Assembly (NCBI GenBank): GCA_008632985.1
Contig: QPGO01000093.1
Coordinates: 62,001-126,000 of the forward strand
Length of the DNA stretch: 64,000 nucleotides
Direction of reading: 5' to 3'
Source of the DNA: Psammoneis japonica
Taxonomy: Eukaryota
The translations under genes and the position numbers were made by a program. A model generated the notes under the pieces. That model saw nothing but the letters and a program-made list of their open reading frames with translations, did not search any database and was not told where the DNA came from. This document shows, in pieces, positions 13,601 to 23,972 of this stretch. Positions within the stretch are counted from its first letter, which is position 1. Each line of letters begins with the position of its first letter.

Positions 13601-14205
13601 TGCTTGCGGACGTCCGCCAGATCAGAACGATCACTCATGGTGTCCGTGGTGTCCTCAAAACCCATCACTCCCATGCAATGAGACTTCAAAGTCTTCTGAC
13701 AATGAAGACATGCATCCATCTTCTTGACAACACCATGGCAAATGGCTTGGGCAAGTCCAGTCAAAAAAGGACATGCACCTCGACTCAACGGCACGATCGA
13801 TTGACTCTCATCGCCCGTCCCAACTGACACAACCGGAGACTCCGTCACACGGACACAATCAACAAGCAGGCCAATGTTTGTCTTGACACGGTGCATCAAA
13901 ACAGCAGCAACATTTTGCTTGTCCTTCACGGCGTCCCTCATCAACATTCCTGATGGCACCACAACCAACATCAAGAGGTGCTGGTTCTTGTCCTTGATGT
14001 GTTGGTTTAGTTGCGGTCGATTCTCGGAGTTAAATTTTTCACAAAACCAATCGACAACAGTGCTGCGGAATGTGTTCCGTGTTTTGGCACTGTTGACCCA
14101 TCCAAACCATTCTTGTGATGAAGAACATGAAAGAGAGGGCTCATCTTCTTTGTTCCACGATCTTCTGTGGTCAAGATGCTCAAATCTACAAGACCTTGAG
14201 GGCAC
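10700..14205 (-). pseudogene. Transposon cargo gene relic: GNAT-like region, Glu/Lys-rich repeats, C-terminal papain-like peptidase region
   Basis: 13600-13950: VAAVLM..LLVD(C/Y)VRV..RG..L..LAQ..LHCQKTLKS..MGF. 12000-12480: acidic 30- and 42-bp repeats. 10800-11260: QGQNDTCVFSSLAS..NHSIAL.RGWIFDSN. Motif recognition only. Confidence 0.5.
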
Positions 14206-14439
14206 TCAAGGGGATCAACTGCATCTTGGAGAGGCACAGTGCACCAAGTTTTGGCTTCACCCTGCGGCGGGTGATGTTCCGCAGCACGCCAATCCCAGTC
14301 AAGTGGATCCAAAGCGCAAGCACATGATCGAAAACCATTTCAACATTTTGCACTCCAAAGGGTTCTGTTGCAAGCAAACGTTCTTGCATGTGTTGTTTGT
14401 GCACAAGCTGATGGATGCTTTTTCTCACATTTTTTCAAA

Positions 14440-15200
14440 ATGTTGTGTGTCCAGCCACCAAGAGATGCCATTCCCAACAAACTTGAGGAGTCAAACATGC
14501 AAACATTGTGCCAGTTTGCTGTCTTCACAGGCCCTGAGCAAGATTGTGAGTTTGCAGATTTGGCATCCCCAACAACTTGCCAAACACCTTGATCCATGTG
14601 TCATCTTTTTGCTTTGCTTGTTTTTCTGCGGGGCAAGCTGTTTGTGACACTTGATTTTTCATCAACTTTGACCAACTTCAAAGTTCCTGGCATCCAGTCC
14701 AGCAAGCTGCAAGTGACATGCATGTGCAGCAGCAGAAGGGATTTTCTTTTCCTGCACACTGAAGCCCAATGTGCGCACATTGTAGAGTGCACACGGGCTC
14801 TTCTTCTGCAGAGGCCAGGCCTGTGACATGCCCAAATTGGGCCTGATCAAAAGACATTCACAGAAATGAAAAGGCCAAGAGAGCAGAACAAAGTTGCAAG
14901 TGGTGTGCATGAAACAGACTGGATCATTCATCTTCCCTCTTCACTGAACGGGAATTTTTCTTTTGATGACATGATGTGAGTGCAGCATGCAGCCAGCATG
15001 CTCTGCGGGTGCTGCACTGGCGTGATGCACAGGCTCTTTTTCACAAGGGCCTCAACAGGCCTGAATTGGGCCTCAAAAGACATTCCCAGAAAGGCCAAGA
15101 ACATGTGAAGATTGAAGATCTGTTCTGATCTGGACTCACACTCTAGTTCATTGTTTGTTTGCCATTTTGGATTTGCACATCACTTTGTTTTGATTGGAAT
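14440..15200 (+). repeat. Diverged duplicate of 5100-5900 (segment upstream of each CobW copy)
   Basis: Shared ccctgagcaagattg..tttgcagatttgg, ggcctgtgac, ggccaagagagcag and ttgccattttggatttgc in the same order. Confidence 0.85.
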
Positions 15201-15207
15201 TTTAGCA

Positions 15208-16830
15208 GTGCCAAGCAAAGGAAAGAAAGGAAGCAAGAAGGGCAGCAAGAAGGGAGGTTCCAGTGCCAAGACTTCCAATGCTGTGGCTGTCAAAACCAAA
15301 GCCCATGAGGGTGGTGACATGCCTCCGATCCTGTCACAATCTCATCAGGTTTCTTGGGCAGTGGCAAGACTGCACTTCTCAAGAACACTTTGGGGTCCAA
15401 CGAGCACAAGCTCAGAATTGCCGTCATTGTCAATGACATGGCCGAGTTGAACATTGATGCTTCCCTTGTGGTGCAGCAACAACTTGTCCAGATGGAAGCA
15501 ATGCCAAGTTGTCAGTTTGCAGATGGGTGCATTTGCTGCACTTTGCAGGGCAATTTGATTCACGAAGTGGCTCGCATCTGTTGTGACTCTGCCAGCACTT
15601 CTGACAGCATCATGATTGAATCAACCAGCATTGCCAAACTGCAACAAGTTGCACAAGCCTTTTGTTTTAATCCAAGTGCTGCACAACTTGCGCAATCCCC
15701 AGAACAAATGCTCTGGACCCAAGCCCAATTGGACACCTGTGTCACTGTGATTGATGCCCATTCATTTCCGGTCCACATGGCCACTCTCCAAAAATTTGGC
15801 AATGCGCACATGCATGGATTGGATGCAACCACTCCAGAAGGTGCACAGGACGGGAAGAACCAGTTGCTTTTCTGCCAAATGGATCAAGTGGAATTGCCAA
15901 TGTTGCTCCATTGAACAAGATCAATCTCTCATTGATTTGCTGGAGGAGCTGGAAGAAATGAAACAAGTGATCTCAAGCCTCAATCCCACAGCCAAGATTG
16001 CAGCCGCGGAATGCTGCAAGCTGGACATTCATGGAATGAAGTGTTGGGTGCAACCATGTTTGACATGGACAAAGACAATCAATCACCTGGATGGTTGCTG
16101 GAATTGGAAGAGAATGAAGAAGAAGGCCACCACACTGGTGAAGTGGATGAATGTGGTGCATCCTCCTGTGTCTGTTGAGCCCATGCACCCTTTCATCCCA
16201 ATCAAATTGCCAAATGGGCAGCCTCCTGCTTGTGCTTTGAAGCAAATGGAGGGGTTTGTCCAAGGAGCAGCGCGCCAATCCCAGTCAAGCGGATCCAAAG
16301 CAAAAGCACATGATGGAAAAGTGTGGCAACATTTTGTGTGCCAAAGGATTCTGTTGTGAGCAAAACGTTCATGTGCAATGTTTGTGCACGAGCTGATGAA
16401 TGCTTTTTCTCACATTTTTTCACATTTTCAGGGCTGCATGTTGGATCATGGTTCCTTCATGATTGGTTTGGCTCAATCAGGCTAGACAGGATCTTTGTTG
16501 CCACTCATGCCATGGCATGTCATTGTGTCAGAAATGCACTGGGGTGTTCCATCTGATTTGGAAGATCATGCAATCATCAAATCCAAGTTTGCCAAACCCC
16601 GTGGAGATTGTTGACAAGAATTGGTGTTTGCAGGCACCAACCTCAAAACACAAAATGTCAAGGCTGATTTGGACAAGTGCCTCTTCACCAAACAAGAGTT
16701 GGAAAATTGCGCATTTTGCTGTGATTGGGCTTCTCTTGAAAAGCAGAGTCATGCACCGCATTGTGGAGGATGCCAAGTGGAGCAGCAGTTCAATGCCACA
16801 GGGCAACAAATGTGTGACAATCACCTTTTC
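15208..16830 (+). pseudogene. COG0523/CobW-family pseudogene, copy 2, with intron relic 16356-16431
   Basis: GSGKTALL, IVNDMAELNID, DGCICCTLQG, IESTS, KGFC|WL across the intron, and GD..QELVF.G..DLDKCL; multiple frameshifts. Confidence 0.9.
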
Positions 16831-19800
16831 GCATTGTTGTTTCTTTGAATGGATGCATTTTCAAAATCTCTTAATTTTCTTCTGCTTGTGGATTCCACGT
16901 TGTCAGCAAAAACCACTCTTTGAGGCTGCTGGATGGTGTGCTGCAGCTGAGGAGAAAAAATTGTTTGCCCAATCAACAAGTTGCACTTGCAAACTGTGTG
17001 CATCTGGCTGCATGTTGTGTGGTGCCACTGCTTGTCACACATGCCTGCACCATCCATGCTGGGGTTGAAATGGCTTGTGTGGGCTCAACCTCTCTGCATC
17101 TTGTGGCACTCAGTTCATTGCCAGCATCCTGGGTGTGGCTCAACAACAGCCACACAACAGAAGGGAAGTCAAAGACACAAACAACCACTGTTTCAAATGT
17201 CAGTCATCAGCTGCAGTTGCTGCTGGAATCAAGCACCAATGAGGCTTGGTGCTTTTTCCTTGAAAAAACATTGTCAACAATTGTGGCAAAAAGCTGGCCA
17301 CTGCCCTGCCATTCAAGGTCAGCATGTTTGGTGCTCATCATTGCAAGAGCTTGATTGTTTCCTGAAGTGTGGCTGATTGATCACTCATCAAAACTGTGCA
17401 AAAAGGGAAGCACAACCATGATTGTCAAGCCACACTGCATCTGGACACACTGCACAGTGAAGAGCAGCTGAGATCATCCTTCACCTTGCTGTTCTCTGTT
17501 GGCTCTGCTGTCACAACCACAATTTTGCATTCTTGCTCACTCTCTAGATGTGGGGCCAGCATGCACCAATGAAAACATGCATCTGGTGGGGAGCTGCTGC
17601 ACCAGTGTTGTTCACAACAGGGCAACAATGCCAAAATGAGCTCCTCCTCAGATGGCAGAGAATTTGTCTCATCACTGGACTTGGCGCCAGGCTTGGCAAA
17701 GGCAGGGTCAGCAGCAGTCTGAGATGGAGGCCTGGGTGGCATGCCAGAGCAAGGATCAGCTGCAGTGACAAGATGTTCACATCTGGTTGTTCCATTTTTG
17801 AGTGGTTTGTTAATGTGATCTGCACTTGTCCTTGTGACAAGGGCAAAAACCCTTGGTGATGGTGTGCTTGCACACAGTCTTTGGCAAAAACAAACAGCCT
17901 GCCAAACTCAATCACCATGGCTGGCTTGCTGAGATCTGTTTGTTGGTTGCATCCACAAGGATCATCAGCCAGAAACTCCTTCAGCTTTGGTTGTTTGTTG
18001 TCCTCAGGTGAGAGTTCTTTGGAGCAACGGTGCAGGAACAGCAGCCACAGCCTTTGGGTTGTGGCTGCTTTTGTGTCAGACTTTTTTCTTCTCAGCTTGA
18101 CATTTTGCACACTTTGGGCTTTGGATCATTTGCCCAGCAGCTGTCAGCACTGCAAGAGCAGAGTGCACCCTTTCCCACAGTCTTGGAAGCACTGTCACTC
18201 TGTGGGAGCTTGGCACCAGAAAGACCTGGCCAGCTCTTGTTGTTGGCAACAAGATTCTAGCACTTCTGTTGGGTGCTGTGAGAGCATGGCATGTGCAATC
18301 AGACCCAGATCACCACAGTCACCACCCCCAGGGCAAGCAAAACAGGACAAGCAAAATGGTGTTTGCACCCCCCTGCTGTGACGGCATCCAATGTGGAAAA
18401 GATGAAACAGCTTGGCACCTGGCTGGGCATCTTGGTGACAGTCCAATGGGGGGGTTGGGCATCATTGAGACTGGAAGTGCTCACGCTGTTTGAGGTGTCA
18501 TGCTTGATGAGACAAAGTGCTTTGGCCACAAACTTGGCAATGTCCTGACTGGCACAGGAGTCAAGACCTGAAGCTTGGAAATCTTCAAGAGCTTGGCTGA
18601 CACTGCAGATGGTGGGCATGCTGCATGTCTTGATCACCACAATGAAAAGTGTTCAGCCTGGACATTCTTGTTGATGGTGGAGCTTTTGCTTGTGCCCACA
18701 TTTGGTTGCTGTCTCTTGTGGAGCTGACAAGCAAGAAAGACAAGATTTGACAATGAGGCCGTCAGCTGGGTGACATCAGGCTTGCAATCCTTGTGTGCCA
18801 AGAGCTTGGCAGCAGCACTCCTGCACAATGTTTGCAACCTCCTGGACAGCAAAGCTGCGAAGGTGAGCAGAGAGGAGTTGAACAACAAAGGAGCTGATGT
18901 GGAAACCCCTTGCAAGTTGGCCCTTGTCCAGCTCCTCCTCACTGGTCTGGCCTTGCTCTTTGGCAGCCCCCCCCAGCTCCAATCTGCTGCCAAACTTGAC
19001 AATGTCAGTGCCATTGTGAGCATCTTGGAGATTCCACTCAATGTGTGGCAGCACCTTCTTGTCATGAGATTGACTGGCAGAATGGCAGGACTGTGTCATT
19101 TTTGGCTTGCAGCCATCATTGAGTGGTGACCCCCCAACCCCACATGGTGATCACACTTGGGACAGGAGAGCCCACCATGCTTGAAGTGACAGCAAAGCAA
19201 GCCACACAAACAAGTGAAGAAGATGCTTGTTGGTGGTGGACAGAAGGACTCAGAAACTCCTCAACAGCATGCTTCCAGCAGTGGAAAAAACAGCGCACTG
19301 TGCAAAATTGGGGCTTGCACAGCAAAGACATGGTGGCACAGCTTCATGAAGCAAGGGTGGCTGCTCAAGGTTGCAAGCCAGTGCTGATGTTGATGCAAAA
19401 GCAGCTTTTGTCAAAGCAGTTTTGGCTGCAATCTGAGCTGGATTTCTGTGCCAAAATGGTGCAGTGGCCATTTGCTCAACACAGACTTTGTCAAAATTGT
19501 GTTCACGAAGCAACGTCATCTGTCACAGAGATCATGCAGGGGCTGGTGCCAAAAAGTGATGACACACACATTGTCTGTGACTCACCTTGTTTGTGAAAGA
19601 CTCTTCATTGCACTTGTCTCCCAATCTTGGTTGGCATTTTTCTTGCTTTGGGACTTTCAGACAAAGCAGTGGATCAGCATGAAGAGCAGAGCCACCAAGA
19701 AACTCAAAGAAGTGACCAACAAAGGAAAATGCTTTGTGCAACAGTCATTTGCGTCTTGGAGTTGCACAAGAAATCATTGTTCTGTCTCTGCCATTGTTCA

Positions 19801-20124
19801 CTCCTCCTTTCATGAAACAAACTAAGCTCATGAATTTGGTTGCACACACCAAAGTCACTTCCTTCACAATGTCCCATGAGGCAAACATTGCATTCACACA
19901 TTGGGAGCCACAGTTTTGCCAGGAACTTCACAGACCTTGGCACTCTCTTCACTGTCCAGCTCCACACACAAATCAACCAGCAATGCCAGAGCAAGAATGA
20001 CATTGTGTGGCATCCCCTTTGCACATGCTGTCTCATTGGCGAAGCAGACAAAAGTGAGTGCTCGTCCATTTCTGAAGATGAGCAGCCTCTGCAAGACTGA
20101 ACAAATCAACCCAAACCTCCTGCC

Positions 20125-20460
20125 TCAAACAGCAACAAACCTTCCTTGTTGTGCACAGGTGCAGACTTTGGTGCTGCCCAAGAATTGACAAAATTGACAT
20201 GGGGTCCACAAATTTGCCACTCAACAGAAGCTGCAATGCCTGCACACATTTTCATCAAAAGCAAGCACCACTCGTTGTGGCCCACTTCCAGAGATGATCA
20301 CTTTGGCAATCTCTCATGTGGTGGCAACCCTCCCTTGTTGCATGTGGTTGCAAACTTTGGCGCTGCTCAAGAATTGACAAAATTGACATGGGGCCCACAA
20401 ACTTGCCGCTCAAGAGAAGCTGCAGCAGTGCACTGCACATGTTTGCATCAAAAGTGAGCA
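20125..20460 (+). repeat. ~195-bp diverged tandem duplication
   Basis: actttgg(t/c)gctgc(c/t)caagaattgacaaaattgacatgggg(t/c)ccacaaa at ~20165 and ~20354. Confidence 0.85.
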
Positions 20461-20689
20461 CAGCTCATTGCCCTCCACTTCCAGCACAATTTCTCATCCT
20501 TCCAATGATTTAAAAGGATTGCAGCCCCGCAAGTTGTGCACCATTTTGCAACAAATGGTTTCCAAATCTAAAACCTCACAATCCATTGCAATGATGGACA
20601 TCATGTCTGTGACCACTGATGCACCCTCATTTGACTCCAATTCATGGTCTGAAAACCAACCCCCTCACACCATGTTGGCCTGACAATTG

Positions 20690-21070
20690 GCTTCATCAAC
20701 AAGCATGAATGGCACATCAATGCCGACATCTCCCTGCAAGGAGCTTGCAGTGATTTGGAGTGGGCGGGAGATTTCCTTGTTGTCAGCCATGTCAATCACA
20801 CAGAGAACAGCTCTTTAGAGTTGGCTTGGCATTTGCAAATGTGTCTTTTTTTTAATTGACTGCCTTGGAGATGCTGGCAGCAAACATGACATTGTGGCCA
20901 AATGCAGAGGCAAAATGCCGTCATTGTTTTGGACAGACATGCTGCTTGAAAAACAATCTCCAAGAAGCTTGGCAATTGCTTGTTCCCCCAATGCAGCTGC
21001 AATGTGCAGTGAAAAGTTCGCACCTTGGTCAAATTGTGGACAATTGGTGGACACTTCCAAGCTGAGGAGC
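20690..21070 (-). pseudogene. Ankyrin-repeat gene relic
   Basis: DQGANFSLHIAAALGEQAIAKLL and QNNDGILPLHLA match ankyrin consensus G.TPLH.AA..G...V..LL. Confidence 0.65.
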
Positions 21071-22079
21071 TGTTCATGAGATCAGGAGTCAGGAGATGCC
21101 AGAGCACACACTGAGAGCTCAAGCAGTTGCTGCACTCCTGTCCTGACACAAGCCTGTGAAGAGCACACACACACACTGGTGGAGCCAAGCAACATGGTTT
21201 CTTGGTTGAGGCACGCAACTTTTCACAAGCATCTCAAGCTTGAGTTTCCTTGTTGCCATTTGGCACCTCCTCACCAGACACAAGTTTTCTGTGTGCATTT
21301 TCTTTTGTGGTGTCAAGGCCTTTTTCAACAACCAGCCTCCTGCAGGCAACAGCACAATCTTCTTTTTCAGATGCAAGCTTTGTTCCAGAGACCAGCATTC
21401 CACAGGCATTGTTTTCTTGGCCAGCCATGCCTTTCCCATCAACAAGTTGTCTGTCCATGTGCCGGCTGCCATTCTCTGAGCAAGTTGAAAAAATCATCAT
21501 TGTCCCCATCACTTTGTGCCCTCACAACAATGTTCGTTCAGCTGCTGAGCTGCTGGAAGCAAGTTTCTGTGTGCTGCAAAAGAGCACAATCTCTTTCTGG
21601 AGTTGCAAAAGCTTTGCTGGGCACCAACTTGCCACCACATGCCTTCTCTTCTGGCTTGGTTGTGGGCATCCCAGTTGTGATTTTTCAATGTGCAGTCACA
21701 GTGTTTTGCTCATCATTCTTCATCAGCATGAGCTTTCTAAATGCAACCTCCTCTTTGTTGGTCAATGGCTTGCTGAAAACCATCTTGTGGTGTGCTGAAG
21801 CAGCTCTGACATCTCTCTGCCAAGAGACATTTTTTTTCTGAAAGCAATGGATTCAAGGAGTTGTTGGAAGCTTTTTGGCACTGTCATTGAGAAGATTGAC
21901 TGCAGTTGTTGTTTGAGAAAAGACTGGGAATTGTGGAGTGGGAGAGTCAGGGAGAACAAAATCAGAGTGGGGCATGTGCAGCAGAGAGCAGCAGAGGGGT
22001 GAAAGACAGAGAAGAAAGAGGGGCCCCGGAAGTGCGGAGAGATGGAGGGGCAGAAGTCATGGGGGGCTGAGCTGGGAAG

Positions 22080-22440
22080 GATTGAAAGGTGGTGAGATGG
22101 TTGGACCGGGCTGAGGGCTGGAGGTGCAGCGAGAGGAGCCAAATCAGAAGTCAGGGGAGAGATGCTGCCGTGCAACATTGGCTTGGGAGAGAAGGTTGAT
22201 CGGGGAGAGATGGGGAATTTGGCAGGCAGAAAAAGCAGCTTCAGAGTTTGAAAAGTCAGTGGGGTTGTTCTGCCACCGACCTGCCCAAGGGGGCTTGGGG
22301 GGAGGAGGTGGGATGGAAGAGGAAGTGTCCTTGGAGGAGCAGCAGAAAAAGGCGCGGAAGTGGTGTCCAATGCCGCCAAGGTGGTCAAGGGGAAAAGGTA
22401 GAAGGAAGAGGCCTGATTCATTAATGGAAGAAATGACGGA
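22080..22440 (-). mobile_element. Possible 3' fragment of a non-LTR retrotransposon ORF
   Basis: Reverse frame reads LFLLPFPLDHLGGIGHHFRAF..PPPPKPPW..FGSS..TSSP, reminiscent of RLE-type element C-termini; weak. Confidence 0.3.
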
Positions 22441-22696
22441 AGAGCCGGCACTCTACTACGGCAGTGGCTAGCTGCTCTCTGCTAGAGTAGAGAGTAGAGA
22501 TGGTAGAGAGCACTTTCAGAGAGAAGACAAGGAGCCGCGTCCGAGAAGCTTGTGCGTGTCGTGTTCAGTGTCGGTCGGCTCGCGGGAAATCGCGCACCCT
22601 GGACTCGACCCACACCTCACAATGACGACGAGCCGCTCGACAGATACGCATTTTCCACATATGCCAGCTGTATTCACAGAATAAGAGCTACGAACC

Positions 22697-23860
22697 ATGA
22701 CGGCGGTTACAAGGATAACGGGCCTTATTCGCTCAGTATCAGAATGCCCTTGTTTGGTGTCGAGACAGTGGAGTGAAGCAAGCAGGAAACGAATGCGAAT
22801 GCCTAGTAGCATAGTCATCACCACAAGATGTTTCGGTCATGTTCCAAGTAGAAGCAATGACGAAAACGACGATCGCGATTCCTATCCAAATAATGTGATT
22901 GATGTTACAGAAATGTCTCTGAAAATGAGAAAGTCTGTTCGAGATTATACGCAACGTAACAAAAATATCAAACTCGTCGGTATTCTGGCTCAACCTTGTT
23001 TGCACGCAGACGCTGAATTGTATTCTCAGCACATTGCTGAGTCATGTCGACAGGATTCGATTGAGTATGAACCTTATCTTGTCAAAGGAACCGAGCCAAG
23101 AGACGTTCAAGAGGCGATTCAAAAAGCCAATAGCCGTCCAGATGTGCATGGAATTCTCGTCTATTACCCGTTGTTTAAACAATACCAGACACGAGGACCC
23201 TACAAGAATCCATTGACGGGGGTTTATTACAAAACCTTTGACGATTATCTGCGCGATGAGGTTTGTCCTACCAAGGATGTAGAGGGCTTGTGTCATGACT
23301 ATAATGCTCGATGGCTATTTCGAGCACGGGGTACAGCAAGTAGCGCTTGGAACAATGTAGTTTATCCCTGTACAGCACTCTCGGTCTTGAAGATACTGAA
23401 TGAATATCATCAAAAAGACGGCAGTAGCTGGAAGGGTATTATCGTAACGATTGTCAATCGATCAGAAATATTTGGACGGCCCTTGGCAACCATGTTGGCA
23501 AATGCAGGCGCAACCGTGTACTCGATTGACATCGACTCGGTTTTGCTGTTTCGGCCTCGTGGGCGGATGCGACGATGCACAGATCCCAAAGTAACGTTGG
23601 ATTGGTGTCTACAACAATCACACGTTGTAGTGACTGGAGTGCCATCGCCCGACTTTTTGCTTCCAATCGAAAGCATTCAACCCGGAACGACGCTAGTTAA
23701 TGTGTCTGAGTATGCCAATGTCAATGAGGAGCGGGTGTTGGACAGTGTTCCCGAAATTCAGTATGTCCCTTATGTTGGGAAAGTAACTATTGCTGTGCTG
23801 GAGCAGAACTTGATCCAGTTGCATCGTCAATATCATTCCGAGAAGGGCCACGGCTACTAG
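22697..23860 (+). CDS. Methylenetetrahydrofolate dehydrogenase (FolD family, NAD-dependent MTD1-like) with N-terminal targeting extension
   Basis: VHGILVYYP, KDVEGL, PCTALSV, IVNRSEIFGRPLA.MLAN.GATVYSID, VGKVTIAVL. Confidence 0.88.
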   Translation: MTAVTRITGLIRSVSECPCLVSRQWSEASRKRMRMPSSIVITTRCFGHVPSRSNDENDDRDSYPNNVIDVTEMSLKMRKSVRDYTQRNKNIKLVGILAQPCLHADAELYSQHIAESCRQDSIEYEPYLVKGTEPRDVQEAIQKANSRPDVHGILVYYPLFKQYQTRGPYKNPLTGVYYKTFDDYLRDEVCPTKDVEGLCHDYNARWLFRARGTASSAWNNVVYPCTALSVLKILNEYHQKDGSSWKGIIVTIVNRSEIFGRPLATMLANAGATVYSIDIDSVLLFRPRGRMRRCTDPKVTLDWCLQQSHVVVTGVPSPDFLLPIESIQPGTTLVNVSEYANVNEERVLDSVPEIQYVPYVGKVTIAVLEQNLIQLHRQYHSEKGHGY

Positions 23861-23972
23861 AGATGTAGCAATAGAAATGATAGAAACTTTAAGAGAACTC
23901 TCTATAGTATCTAGTTAATCACGTATCTCCTTTAGAAAAATCAAATCGCAGCGCCGATCTTAGCTTTAAGGC

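Larger units (their letters stand above)
6946..14280. mobile_element. Degenerate DNA transposon (~7.3 kb, right end apparently deleted) inserted in CobW copy 1; transposase (+) and convergent cargo gene (-)
   Basis: CobW homology stops abruptly after aaattgccaaatggg and resumes at gcagcacgccaatccc; transposase motifs lie between. No matching right TIR found. Confidence 0.75.
1920..22430. other. TpA/CpG-depleted hypermutated block 1 (transposon and host-gene graveyard)
   Basis: About 3 TA per kb by hand count versus about 45 per kb in the flanking gene at 22.9-23.2 kb. Translations are nearly Tyr-free and Cys/His-rich. No intact gene. Confidence 0.92.

Noticed and set aside
5920..16830. Alternative genetic code or selenocysteine (in-frame TGA, no Tyr)
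   Set aside because: The changes also affect intron and non-coding sequence regardless of frame, TGAs fit CGA decay, and neighbouring genes use the standard code.
1920..22430. Classical RIP, or CpG deamination alone, as the explanation
   Set aside because: RIP increases TpA and depletes CpA, the opposite of what is seen; 5mCpG decay cannot remove TpA or turn Tyr into Cys/His.
2031..22451. Hundreds of 60-360 aa ORFs in the track as real genes
   Set aside because: They overlap in all frames, are nearly Tyr-free, and are explained by removal of TAA/TAG; recognisable motifs are split across frames.
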